Position numbers and translations under genes: made by a program. Shown piece after piece: positions 13,643 to 26,764 of a stretch of DNA of 64,000 nt (within the stretch, counting starts at the first letter, position 1; every line of letters begins with the position of its first letter). Origin of the DNA: Botryllus schlosseri (taxonomy: Eukaryota); NCBI GenBank assembly GCA_051294905.1, contig CM119371.1, forward strand, positions 39,248,001 to 39,312,000, in the 5' to 3' direction. A model generated the notes under the pieces. That model was not told the DNA's origin. It saw only the letters and a program-made list of their open reading frames with translations, and ran no database searches.

Positions 13643-15254
13643 TAGGATTGTCCATATTTTGGAAAATCTCAAAATTCATGCGTATCCATGTCTCATTCCA
13701 TAGATTATAGGTAAAAAACGTCAATGAACCTGCAATAAGCTCACAGGAAAGTCGTTAACATTTGTCTAAATGCATTTGAAAGTAGCTGCCGTAGAGTGGG
13801 CGTGTTAGCGACCATAGAACGGCAAGCAGACTAGTAATCACGAAATCACGGCGTTTGATTGGCTAATCTGCCATGCTTCAATGATCACGATGTTGGCGGC
13901 TTATTGATCAGCTGGTCAAGGAGTCGGCTGACGGCGGTGATTCTGTAAGTGCATTGTAGGTTGGTCCGCAACTAATGATTTAGGATTAATTCAGAACATG
14001 TTGAGTTACGAAATACATGATGAACTAAGAACAGCTGCTTCACAATATCTTTAAATACATGACTGGATGGCTTATTTTGAAGGTAACCGTTGTAGCCAGT
14101 ATGCCTTGATTTCATTGATGGAAAGCACAAAAAACATTCGGAAAAATAGTGCAAAGGCGCTTATGCAAGTGGCAAACGAGTTTCTAGTTTCAGAGGGGAT
14201 GTACCATAATTGAATACAAATATAAAGCTTGACATTGACACTACTTTGTCTGATCTTATTAGGCTGTTGTCGTGGTACATAATTGAAGTCTTGAATGCTG
14301 TAAGGGCTGGATGAATCAGTCATTTATGCTTGGCACTTGTCAGATTCTTGCAGCATAATGAATCATGCCCGCAAGTGCTTTCAAAGTCATCAATGATGCC
14401 GGGCAAAGAAGTCTGAAGATAAGCACAGACTATGCTGGTAGGACCAGCAAAATACAATTTGCTTGCATTGGTTAGCATGTCCTTAATGAATGTTATATCA
14501 TTACCGGCTGCATAACGACTAATACTTGAATCAAATTAGACATGGACATAAAGAGGCTGGATTGAAGCGGTGTGGTAGTTACACTCTTCTTCAGAAATCC
14601 AATGTAAGCTACCTGGTCGGCCCACATGTCTTCTGAACATACAGGACGGTGTCCAGCATCCATCTCACATGTCATGCTGCACCAGTTTGGTGATGTCTTA
14701 TATGCCATACCTGCACCCAGAAAAAGCAGGACCACTTGGCATAATCTCAAGCATATCATATAGGTATTTCTTGGATCTTTACTTAGTTCTATAAGTTCAC
14801 AATCATTTGCTGTTCCACCTCTGTCATGCCTGTAAGAGGCTATTGTTGCTCTAAACCTATCGTTACCTAGTTTTAACACTAAAACATTCAATGACCAGAT
14901 GTCTCATTTTATTATTAAATCACCAATGTACAATGCGCTTACAGAATCATTGCCGTTAGCGATCTCCTTGGACTAGTAGAAGCACATAATCAGCAAGCCG
15001 CTGAGTTCGTGATCATTCAAGCATAGCTGAAAAACCAATCAAGAGACGTGATTTCGTGATTTCTAGTCTTCTCGCCGTTCTATGGTCGCTAACACGCCCA
15101 CTCTACGGCAGCTACTTTCAAACGCATTTAGACAAATGTTAACGACTTTCCTATGAGCTTATTCCAGGTTCATTGACGTTTTTTATCGATAATCTACAGA
15201 ATGAGACATGGATACGCATCTTTTTTGAGATTTTCCAAATTATGGACAACCCTA
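13643..15254. mobile_element. Non-autonomous hAT-type element with about 270-bp TIRs
   Basis: TAGGATTGTCC...GGACAACCCTA termini; long inverted homology between 13643-13908 and about 14988-15254; exact 8-bp TSD ATACATAT at 13635-13642 and 15255-15262. Confidence 0.9.
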
Positions 15255-16992
15255 ATACATATACAGTTCAGAAATGCGAGGCTTTACCTTGGAAAGTGTA
15301 ATCGTATTGTTTCTTTAAAGCGTTGTAGCGTGGTACCAATTGCTATATTACAAAAAACCCTTATCAATATTAGACATGGAACTGGCAATTTAAAAAGACG
15401 GGATTTTTATTTCGAACCCCGATCCCCCCTGCGTAGGCCACTGAACACGCCGTACCATTACAACAGTCCCAGTTCGATTACTGGTTTGGCCTAATTATAC
15501 GTACAACCAACTGTAGCTAAACGGGTGTATCATCATAAATCATAGGTATATGGGTTGATTTTAGGTAGTTACTTGCATAGGGAACTCCCAAGTCCAACTC
15601 GGAGAACCCCCTAGTGTTCCATAGAACACCACTAAGAAAAAAATCGTTGATGTTACCTGTTTTTGATTTAGTTATACATCAGTTTGGCTCCGTGAATGTA
15701 TATGATCACAAACAACATGGCTTTTGCTACACTTCCACATCCTTACCATCCTTTCAACACGCAACTTCAGCTATCTCGTATCATCATCCCGCTCAACTCT
15801 ATGGCTGCGGACGCATGTTGTTCGAACTTATTTCTCGTATTATAATTTCCTTTATTGCCGATGATTTCCTTTCCGGCGTGGTAAACTGCTTTTGTGTCCT
15901 TGCTTCGCTAACACGAGTGCACGATTTGCAGCATTCATCGTAGCAAATATTCAATCTAGTAGCATCCAAAATAGGCAAGTGACACTGGTTCTGGTAGAAA
16001 TAATCGGAAATCTGCAATAGGCTTGATAGACTAATCACCGTGGCTGTTGAGAGACAGAAACTGACTATAGTGTCAATATTTCGACGCGACACTTCAATGA
16101 GCCGATTTATCAGTGCGTCGAATCCTGTCTGCTCAGTGCTCATCTGTAAAATCTACTTTTGGACTCGACAAATGCTGCGTATCGGTTTTATATTCCACTT
16201 AATCCAACCAAACAACTTGGTATTTCGTTATAGAAATACAACGACGATCGCAATAGTGCTTGCTCGTCCGATACTCGATGGAATAGATGAACAAGAACAG
16301 ATGAGCGAGGACAGTATATAGCACGGACGTAGATACGGATAAATCAGTAATCAATTAATCAAATCGCATAGAAACGGATAAAAAGCGCCCAGCACGCAGG
16401 CGAACCGTGCTCGATTCCCGTCGGAGGTTTATCTGGGCTCCTCTTCCCCTGCCGTTGCCGTTCTTACGGCGACAAAAAAGCCCAGAAAAAGACCCGACGA
16501 AAGAAAGCACTCACAAAGAATGGAAAAGAACTAGTAGAAAGGGCCGCGGCTTCAAAGATATCAACATCGAAAAAGAACTGTGACATCGGGCACTCTAGGC
16601 CGAGGTGGATGTTGGAGTAAAGGATCGCTACTGATGCGTGTCGTTCTACATCCTCCTATCTGTTCATGACATTGCATTGTGTCAGATAAAAATATAACCC
16701 AACCATGTTATGTTATGTTAAACAAAATACAGAGGACAGTTGAATCGCAAACAGATTCCCTAAAAAGATGAGTCGCCTCACCATCAAATGAAATGATGAT
16801 AACAAAAAAAAAATAATGACAAATTACATGCACAATTGCTAATTGAATTTAGTTTGGGCGAGTATGATTACATTACCCAGGGATGCGAAAGCTAATGTAC
16901 CACTTAGTAAAGCAATGTAGAACACTATACGGTTCACGTCATAGGCTGAAACTATTTTCTCGTTTGTCACATAACAATTGGTATCCGGTCAA

Positions 16993-17090
16993 TACCGAGA
17001 AAACCATTACCGAGAATGGACACCACCAAGAATGGACATTGCCGAGAATGGACAATATTGAGAATGGACACCACCGAGAATGGACATTAA
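16993..17090. repeat. About 20-bp minisatellite (CCGAGAATGGACA core, about 5 units)
   Basis: Repeated GAGAATGGACA / AAGAATGGACA units. Confidence 0.75.
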
Positions 17091-17714
17091 CCAAATTTGG
17101 TGTGCAGCGTTTTTTAGGGTAACCTGACAATTTAATCAGTGAATGGCTGGAAGTCGGTAAAAAAAGTTATTTTTGAACAGCCCCAATGGATATTACCGGT
17201 ACAATTCGGGCCTTGTTGCAGTCACGGGCGATAGCAGGTCGAAATTAGTGATTTTCAAACGGCGACTACGAGCCGTTCGTAAATCCTATCGTCTTCGGGT
17301 CACTTGTTCCGGCTGGATCCGACCTAGACGAACGCGATGACACTCGAGAGGTGTCTAGGACCAAGACAGGCCTAGCGTTGGTCAAGTAAAGTCTTCAATT
17401 TTGATAAAGTTTCGAAATCTTTGATTTTTCAAACGAAGATTGCGAGACCCCTATACGGCCGATCTTCGCCGTGTCCAATATTATCTTAAGAGCTACGCTA
17501 GACGAACTCAAGGACACCTTGGAAGGGTGTCTGCGATCAGACACGACTGAGCAAACGTGCGCGAAAGTCTTCGGTTTTTGACCAATCGACCAACAAACCG
17601 TTACCGGCAACCTGTTGGGGCAAATGCAGCCATCTCGAATCTGCTATTCTCAGAGCTCTCCGATGCTTAGTTACGGAGATACAGGTTATTCGTGTATAGA
17701 ATCGGTCTCATGAG

Positions 17715-18287
17715 TAGAGGTCGACCGATATTGATTTTTGCAGGCCAATACCGATACCGATTATCGACACATTCGCAAGGCCGATAACCGATATTACAGG
17801 CCGATATTAATATGGAAGGAGCAGAGGACCATTGCGCCAAAAATATTATATATTAGGCAAGATGGCACTTGTATATGCCACAGGAAGCTAAACAACAAAC
17901 GGGAAAACTGGTATTAAAGAGAATTATTACCTAATTGTGCACATTCATTGAAATTTTGGATAACTCAAAAAGCAAAACCTGATGCAGAATCGCACATTGG
18001 TCCAGTAGAGGTAGATTGTAATGCAGGAAGCATAGTTTCTCTCAGGGATAAATTGAAACTCTATATGCATGCTCACGCAGTTAAACAATCGTCCTGCAAA
18101 GGTAAATCTGTCACGTATCGCCAATTATATCGTTGGCTTCTTCAAGAACACGGAGCATTTAATTTCCAATATTTTTGAATTTTTCTACATATAAAAATAT
18201 CGGACATCATAAGCCGATATCAATATTCGGGAAAGTTCCAAATAGCTGACTCTATAATCGGCCATGTCGATAATTGGTCGACCTCTG
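17715..18287. mobile_element. hAT-type MITE inserted into an older tandem-repeat element
   Basis: TIRs TAGAGGTCGACC / GGTCGACCTCTG; TSD CTCATGAG / CTCACGAG (1 mismatch); CCGATA subterminal repeats; both flanks carry a related CAGAGCT..GTTACGGAGATAC..GTATAGAATC unit. Confidence 0.8.
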
Positions 18288-18631
18288 CTCACGAGTCCCT
18301 ATGTCACATTTCGAAAATGCTATTTTCAGAGCTTTGCGGCGCTTCGTTACGGAGATACGAGTTATCAGGGTATAGAATCTGTTTCACGGGTCCCTGTATC
18401 ACTGTTCCGGTATCGTGACTCAGTGTGGACTTTTGCATTCTCGGAATTTGGCGTCAATGTCACCGACTTTGTCCTAATACTAATTCGACCAGAGTGAAAC
18501 TGCAACACTGCTGTCGGATGAGTATAATGTGGTCCATGCACAGTGCACAGGTTCCACATTTGTTGTCTTTGATTCTTACAAAAAACTAAACCTTTGTTTG
18601 AAATAGGCTGAAAAAGAAAAGTATTTTTCAA

Positions 18632-19375
18632 TTGCTCTACCTCATGTACACAAAGCCAATCGGAGATATTTGCTGTCGCCATGGTTTCTTCCACCATTGC
18701 TACGCGGATGATACACAGGTCTACGGTCTTATAAGAAATAGCAATGATTGGGAGAGCGTGTCATCCAAGTTACAGCGATGTCTTATTGATATTGAGCTCT
18801 GGATGACACAAAATCGTCTCAAGTTAAACAAAGAGAAAACTGAACTCATCATTTTTACGCCAACCAGACGCAACATCGACCACAATCAATTCACCATCAG
18901 ATTCGGACCAGACACCATCCAAGCCAAGACCTGTGTACGTAACCTAGGTATTCACTTTGACGGCATGCTCTCAATGGAAAAACATATCGACCATACATCA
19001 AAGATCTGTTTCATGTATATCCACAATATCAGTCGAATCAGGAACTACCTATCTGAGGATGCATGCAAAGCCATAATACTGTCGCTGGTGATATCACGGC
19101 TTGACTACGGAAATGCTCTGCTTAACGGGGTAAACCAAAATTGCATCGACAAGCTACAAAAGATCCAGAACATCGCTGCTCGTTTGGTAACTCGGTCAAG
19201 GAAGCGTGATCACGTAACACCGATTCTTAGATCCCTACATTGGTTACCCGTGAAATTTAGTTCTGAATACAAGCTTCTTCTGCACGTCTTCAAATGCATG
19301 GAGGGAAGTGCACCAGCGTATCTTCGTGAGCTAGTGTCAATGTATAATCCCGGAAGAGCGCTACTCAGCGCTACT
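18632..19375 (+). mobile_element. L2/CR1-clade LINE reverse transcriptase fragment
   Basis: YADDTQVY catalytic motif, WMTQNRLKLNKEKTE, VRNLGIHFD, LVISRLDYGNALL, HVTPILRSLHWLPV. Confidence 0.92.
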
Positions 19376-19379
19376 CAGC

Positions 19380-21470
19380 GCCTCTCAGCAACTCACTGAG
19401 CGGAGCTAAGCTGAGGCAGAATAGAAGTGGTGAGAGTGAGTCGCCTTGGAAGATACCATTGCATATCTGAATTGTACAGGTTTCTGTTTCACCTTGGTCA
19501 TGTTTGATCAACAGTTTTGTATGCCAATTTTTCATTGAATTTTCAATAAATCTGATGATGATCGGATTCATTTTGTACATACGCATTGTTTTCAGTATCC
19601 ACGTGTGAGGGACTGAATCGACAGCTTTTTCGTAGTCTATCCATGCCATGCTGAGGTTAGTGTGTCTCCTCTTGCAGTTTTCAAGAATGGATTTGTCAAG
19701 GAGCAGGTGGTCCTTACAGCCAAGGGCGCCTTCCTTGCAACCTTTCTGCTCAGGCGGTAGAAGATTTTCTAGGTGTTTGTAGCTTCGTTTTGCCATGATT
19801 TTGGTCAGTGTTTTGAACATGGTTGTCAGGCATGTTATTGGCCTGTAGTTCTTGGCGTCCCTGGTGTTTTCATTTTTTGGAATAAGATAGGTGATCCCTT
19901 GTGTGAAACTGTGAACCAGGCTGGGATCTCCTGCGAGCTGGTTGAGGATAAAAGCTCAATGTAGGTCACCGCTAGGTAACTATGTGTTGCAGTTAGTTTT
20001 TTTAGCCAAAAGCTTTTGATCTGGTCAGGACCAGCTGCTTTCCAGTTCAGTGAACTTTTTAGGGCCTCCTTGATTTCTTGTTTTGTGATTTCGGACCATT
20101 GTTGTTCTGGTGTTTGTAGATGGTCAGTATGGAGGACTTGTATCCAATTTGCATTTGAGTTGAGCAATTTTTTGGTTTCCCATATTTTCTTCCAAAATGA
20201 TTCCACATCTGCAGTGGCTAGTATTTTGCTGCTGGTAATTTTTTGATTTGACTTTTGTTTCATCATTCGAAAAAATTGTCCAGGTTTGCGAGCAAATAAC
20301 AAATTTTGGCGATATTGTGTTTCTCGTTTTTTATATCGTTTCAATCGTTGTGCTTTGGCGCATATTCTCATTTTTATTTCTTCTTGCAACATTGTCACTT
20401 TTTCTGTTGACTGCAGTTTGGTTTGGTGCTCCAGTTCTATTCTTTTTACTTTATTTTTTACTTTGCGGGAAACATTTCCTTTTTTTAGTTTTGAGAGTAT
20501 CGCAACTTCACACCTTAGTTTTGCGATTTTGTTTTCAATTCTGCGTTGCCAAGCTGGCGTATGGCTTCCCCTTTTTTTGTTGACAGTTCTTGGTATTTTG
20601 CAGTGCCTTTCTGAGATAACTGCCGCAGTGCTGTAAATGAGGTTGTTGATTGTTGTCAAGGGACATTGTGGTCTTTCTCCTTGTTTGTCATTTAGAGTTG
20701 CAGGTAGTATGGTTTCTGTCAAAATTTTTTTCGCTACTGCAATATCAGTTTTCAGGTTCTTTGTAATTTGTAGGTCAGGTAACTGCACTCTGTCATTTAC
20801 ATTCAATGTGGATTTCATTCTGTCGATGATTTGATTTTTGATCTCCAATTCTAATTCCGTGTCTATGTCGCCATCTTTAGGTGTTGTTGATTCATTCGGG
20901 TGCCCGGTGGTATTTTGTAATTCTATTTCTGCGATGTTCGGGTCATCAAGTGATTGTTGTGGGTTCAGGTCATCTTGGCCGAATTGCAGTTCCAGTGCCT
21001 CAAAGTTTTCTATGTTTTTGTTACACATTTCTTCCTCGATTTCTGCGAGTTCTTGTTCAGATAATTTTTTATTACACAACGTCTCATTGTTGCCAAGGTA
21101 TTGGCAGTCATGGTTGGAGAGTTGTTTGTTCTCTCTTTCCATTTTTGAAAAGTTCCTTCGGTTACTCCTGCCGAGTTTTCAAATTTGGCTAAGAAGTAAC
21201 ATCTCATTATTTCTTTATACTCTTCTTTACTCCATCTGTGTCCTTTCTTTTTTTCTTTTGCAGCAGAGCTGTTTTGTGAGCCACAGTTCGGTGTTGCACA
21301 GGCGCCATGTTGAGAAATATCTTCTCTTTGGTGTTGCTGTGTAGTCGGAGCTGACGAGTCCTCTGGGGTCATCCGCTTGGTCCCAGGGCGGGTACGTCCA
21401 GGTGCGATATATCCAGATCGTTTCGCAGGCATCCACAGCAGTGATGCGTCAGTTCAGAAGTTAGGTTAAT
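19380..21470 (-). mobile_element. R4/Dong-like non-LTR retrotransposon, 5-prime part with frameshifts, truncated within RT
   Basis: PAWQRRIENKIAKLR, RLKRYKKRETQYRQNLLF, NWKAAGPDQI..FWLK, EQKGC..GCKDHLLLDK, AWIDYEKAVDSVPHTWI, GIFQGDSLSPLLFCL; the 5-prime end abuts a (TAA)n tract. Confidence 0.88.
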
Positions 21471-21478
21471 TTAAAGTA

Positions 21479-21506
21479 ATTATTATTGTTATTATTATTA
21501 TTATTA
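21479..21506. repeat. (TTA)n/(TAA)n microsatellite
   Basis: ATTATTATTGTTATTATTATTATTATTA read directly. Confidence 0.9.
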
Positions 21507-24249
21507 CTCAGAATTGCTTCGCAGGCTGAACTACAGCGTCTGGAGGGCCGTATGTTTGACACCGCTGCTCTATAGGTCAAGATGGGTGTCTGGTTAAAAA
21601 CTAATTGAAGTCGTTTCGACACCTTCTTATCCTTTCATTACATTGCAATCTTGTGGTGTATTGATTTGTTTAAATTTTTTTTAAATGATGACTAATGCTG
21701 AAGAACTTCATCTCTGATTTAATTGGGCGATTTTTTTGACGTGTCAAAAAAAGTCAAAATTTTGTCAAAATTGTAGCGTTAGGTTAAATAATGGAAAAAT
21801 TGTGTAGAAAGTTTAAAAAAATTGCAACCTGCATTTCGTTTGAATTGTAGATTTTGCACTGTCGCTGAACTTATCATGTGACATGTTACAGCTTGTAGCC
21901 TACTTTATACTTTATATACCTTTGTAGACGCCCCATTGTCTGCTCATTGTGAATCATAAACATTCAAATGAAACAAATACGTTGACATGGTGTTATGCTC
22001 AACGCACCGCAATATCCTAACTGATGACTGTGACTGAACAAGACTGTGTGAACCAATGTTCCCTCTGAGCTGCGAACGTGCGCAAATGCGCGGTGCTGAA
22101 ACAGTCTCTGCGCACAGAAAATCTTGGCTGCGCACAAAAAATCCGAAGTGATGACTTTTTTCAGTCGTTGCGCACTGTTGTCCAAGGGACCGCGCAGGCG
22201 CGCAGAAAAATTATAGGGAACATAGCCAGGGGAAAATAGTACTCTCGCTGAAGTCTGAAGCCGGGGTACAAGTGCTGCCCGCAAAGGTAGATATTGCGCT
22301 CCGTGAAGAAATGAGAATCTGCAATCACGTGCGCCTCACGAACGAGATTTTTCTTTTAGTATGGTGTCCTACGCGTGAGCGATACTGATTTCATTTCAAT
22401 AGCGCAATCGTTTCTGGGAATGGCGAAATAACATGGTTTAACAAAGTTATAGGTAACAATGGGCTAGCTCAAAGTTAATCTGCGAGAAACTAACGAATAG
22501 TCTTTTCCGCGTGGCATGAACATTGCGTAAGATTTACTGTACAATTACATGCCGTGAATTTTCGAAGTCATCACCTCCATCAGGCGAATGTGATCACGTA
22601 TGGTGAGATAGGATAATATGCAAGCCAAATTAACAAATAAGTGCGATTCGTTTAACATGAAATGATTGTCGGAGCATGTGAAAACGGAAGAAAAAATTGT
22701 ATAATTAGTTGAGAATTTTTCTTTTTCGAGCGAGAAAGGTCTGCTCTGCAAAATATGTCTAGAAGCAAAATATGGAAAAGAATAGCATACATTTTCTTAG
22801 GAAAGCCACCGCACTCGTACTGAAGGCAAATCACCTTCAAAATATGCACCCAAGCACACATGCGATATCCATGATGTCGAGATTTATCGCCATTGCACGT
22901 GAATGCTTCTTAAACCTTTGCGACACCACAGAGTCGCACGTGTGTTATGGTGCATATCTTGAAAATATTTGAACGCGGTGGCTTTCTGCAAATAAATGCC
23001 CTCAATGGATCAACTTCAAGTCGAGACCACATCGTGTTTAGAGCGTAGCTCCCCTTCTTCACTCATAATGTGATTATCTGGTGTCATGCAATAAAAATAA
23101 ATGTAATTGCTGAACTTTGATTCTATCAATGAATCATGTGACTCGAATGGATACACGCACGTCTGGGTTACGCACAGGACCCTAACGGCCGCACCCTAAA
23201 CCCCCCAATTGGGGGACCCGATCTCAAAAAGAAGCCAAAATTATTTCGTGAATAAACATGAATCATGGAGTATTTTTTTGGAAATTAATGCAATTTTTTC
23301 AAAGAAATGACAATTTGAAACCGCGTACGTCTTAGTTTAGTACGTTTGGGTGATTTCAATATCTTCTGACACAGCAGATAGGAGGACATGAAATAGCATG
23401 TACCGAAGTCATTATACCAACGGGTACGTCCGAAGATGTTTGATTATTATTTAGGGGCCCTACCTTTTCGAACGCACTTCACTCGATCAGCTCTACCGGT
23501 AAATCTGATTACGTGAGCAGAGAGAGGATAAGTGTTAATAGCAATATATATGCAATTCCCGATCATATTGACCGATTCAATCATGAATTATATAAAATTT
23601 TCGCGCTGTGCGCGTCTAGGCTATAGACCCACTAAGGGACACCCAACGTAGGCCTAGATGATGAGTTGTGGCAAAAAACGTAGGTGCCGAGAGGGGTCTG
23701 GGGGGGGGGGGCGAATCCCCAGAAGTTCGGCTTACCACCATATGAGGGGCCTGGTTGCGCACTGTTGTTCATGGGCTTGCGCAGTAAGTTGACGTGTTTG
23801 CGCAGACTCGTGAAAAATTAGAGGTAACATTGGTGTGGACACTGCATGGTTCATATATCAAGAAGAGCAAAAGAAAAATTTTGATGCAAACAGTCTAGAC
23901 ACCAATGTCAGAATGAAGCAATATGGTTTGTCACCAGCAGTGTACGCACAACCTCAGGTACGTGATGTCTGGAATTCTTCATAGGGTCTGAAAATGAAGT
24001 TTTTTTCATGTAACAATTTGTCAGATTTAGAGTCAAAAACAGTTTTTCAGGCCAAACTGCTTCGTAAGGACAGACAGTTCCAACCAGAAATGTCTGTTCA
24101 ATTCTAACCATATGTGGGAAACACCTAATTTGCATACGTTAGGTCAAAATAAAGTTTTTTAACCTTCCATTCTTACGACCCTGAATCACTGAAAAGCCCC
24201 CTGAGCTCGGTTCCACAAAATGTATAAGAATGATGGTGTTCTTATACTG

Positions 24250-24720
24250 CAATAGAACTGCAGAGGAATATATAGGAAGTTACCTGAACTGAAGAACTTT
24301 TTAGAGCAACTTCCTAGGCCTCCTGATATTATGTTAATTCAAGAGACGCACCTTATTGATAAATATGTTCCAGAGATTACTGGATACAATATGGAAAGGA
24401 AGTATGAGGTCTAGCCAATCAATTGTCTTATTGAATTCTTGATATTCAGTCACCCGGTAGTGGTATGGATAACCTGTACATTGAAGTGAACGGTTTGCGG
24501 ATCTGCAACATATACTGCTCTCCCGAGTACCGAGTTCTTGATGGTGACCTAGACTTCTTGGGTGACCTGTCAAATAGGTCTTTGATATTAGGGGAGTTCA
24601 ATGCCCATCATTGATCATGGGGTGCTTGAAACTGGAGTCGCAGAGGTCACATATTGTATGATTCAATAAAACGGCGTGAAGTGGTAACTCTGAACGCAAC
24701 GAGTCCAACTCGCATCAATA
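24250..24720 (+). mobile_element. Decayed LINE AP-endonuclease fragment
   Basis: Manual translation gives KLPELKNFLEQLPRPPDIMLIQETHL..ITGY and ILGEFNAHH*SWG (QET and GDFNAHH-like APE motifs). Confidence 0.7.
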
Positions 24721-26076
24721 CTGCAAACAACGCAGTACTTGGATTGCACGATACCTTGATTGACGAAAGAGAATAGCAGACATAGCTACATTTGTAGAAC
24801 AATGCAGTTTTCAAATACATAATGTCTTCCTGATTCACACCGAGAAATAAAATGCCTTTGAAGTGACATTCGCAATTACAAATTCAAATTAAAAACAACT
24901 CTATACCTATCCTTTTTCTTGATTGGTTATTAGCTATTTAGCACCGCCGTAAAAATATGAGTATGTAACGCAACGTTACGTTACGCCGAATATTTTAGGA
25001 GTCGATCAATACTTAGATTTTCAGAATCAGCGTGACAAATACATTTGATTAATATCAGTGATTATAAATTCTACGCTATTTACGATGAGTTGCGCTGTCA
25101 CAGGTGAGGCTTGGCCCGCCTGTGCCTCATGTGAGTCTTACCTCTCCTTTCGCATTTTATTTTCGAACAATAAATATGAAAATTCCGTGATTTTGGGAAT
25201 AAAAATGTTCAGAATCTTGTCATTAATAAACATCGATAGAAGATACCAATAACTATTGAAGGGTTCACAATTTTCCTTCACTCATCCCTGACGACATGTA
25301 AGGCACTGCCTCAATTGCCTCCACTAATCTCACGTCACTGACGTATCTCACTGTGGGTATGTACTGCTGTAGTGACCATGTTTGGCTCGACCCACGTATG
25401 TGGGCAGAAAAATGGCAAACACTACGAATCCCATATATTAGTGCTACCAATAAGTTACGGATGTTCAATTGTGACGTAGCAGTTGATTGACATGTATGGC
25501 TCTTTGGGAGTTACAATTGAAAATATTGGCCCAATATGGCTCTTATGGGTCGAAAATGGTTCCCGACCAATGCTATAAACTATTTCTACTTTGGGTCTGT
25601 TCTATTTTATTTGCATAACAAAGAACTATATGATGGATTAGCTGCATCTCATTGTTATCTGAGGCATAATACACTCATAATTCAACAAAATTATAAATGC
25701 AACGTATTACTGCAACAAAAACTTGCCCTGCTGATGACCTCTGGTCTGTATAATGACGATAGAGAGATATATGTTGAACCTGCACGTGCATACGGCCAAA
25801 TACTAACTTGATGAAAATGATGTTTTCCAAGAAGATGAAAGAAAAGCTGTCAAAAGTCTGCTATTTCTTCAGACACGATTGACCGACAAGCGAATAAAAT
25901 CAACGTCAAAGTTGCTCGCTATCGACGTAAAACATGTATAATTTTATATAGGTCACAGGTGAGCAAACAGATGTACCCACTGCGCAGCAGCCACATGTGG
26001 CCCACGAGAAGGTTACCGGATGGGCATAAGTTCTAAAATGGTATATGAATTGCGATATCAACGCGTGAGTGGTGAC

Positions 26077-26686
26077 TAGGGTTGTTCAAAAATAACTTTA
26101 TTGCGGCTGTTGGGAATTCAATGATTAAATTGCTAGGTTGCCTAAAAACGCTGCACACCAAATTTGGCTCAATTTCTACCAGTAGAAGCCGACGCAGAGT
26201 CGAATGAAATTTAATTCTTTACTATCAAAATAATTAAACTGATTTTTCAGATGTTACTGTAAACCCCACGGAATTGTTGAGTTGTGTACGAAAACGATGC
26301 AAAACACATTTGATGCAATGCCAACCCGTAGAAGCCAAGTTATTTGAGTTTTTCATTTATAATTCTGGGTTTTCCCACCGTCAATGCTATTTTTGCAAAT
26401 TTTAAACTTTCAACTGCAATAACTTCGCCCCTACTGGTTAGAATCGAGCAAAAATCATTACCCATCGTTCTTTTCAACAACTTAACAATTTTATGGGGTT
26501 GACAGTACAATTTAAAAAAACAACTATTCATTTTTTTATGATAAATTCAAAAATTCAATTGACGCTGCGTGGGCTGTTACTGATTGGAATCGAGTCGAAT
26601 TCAGTGTGCAGTCTTCTTTAGGCAACCTAACAATTTAATAAGTGAATTCCCGGAATCCAAAAAAAAATTATTTTTGAACAATCCTG
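26077..26686. repeat. Fold-back (palindromic) MITE family with internal CAAATTTGGCTCAATT-like subrepeats; relatives near 11812-12400, 17090-17184, 49280-49880 and 56280-56586
   Basis: AGGGTTGTTCAAAAATAA..CTAGGTTGCCTAAA..TGCAC is mirrored by GTGCA..TTTAGGCAACCTA..TTATTTTTGAACAATCCT. Confidence 0.75.
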
Positions 26687-26764
26687 GTTGTTACCCTATG
26701 ATTTACCGTTGCCGGCCTCATTTGACCACGCAGGTCGTGTTTTTCCCAAGCCTAATCTATCGAT

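Noticed and set aside
15799..16143. 114-aa minus-strand ORF preceded by an acceptor-like TTTTACAG
   Set aside because: No recognisable motif and no convincing partner exons.
16993..17090. 20-bp periodic repeat as a CRISPR array
   Set aside because: Units are near-identical tandem minisatellite copies with only ~7-nt variable parts.
20016..21344. Several plus-strand ORFs
   Set aside because: Antisense shadows of the Dong-like element ORF.
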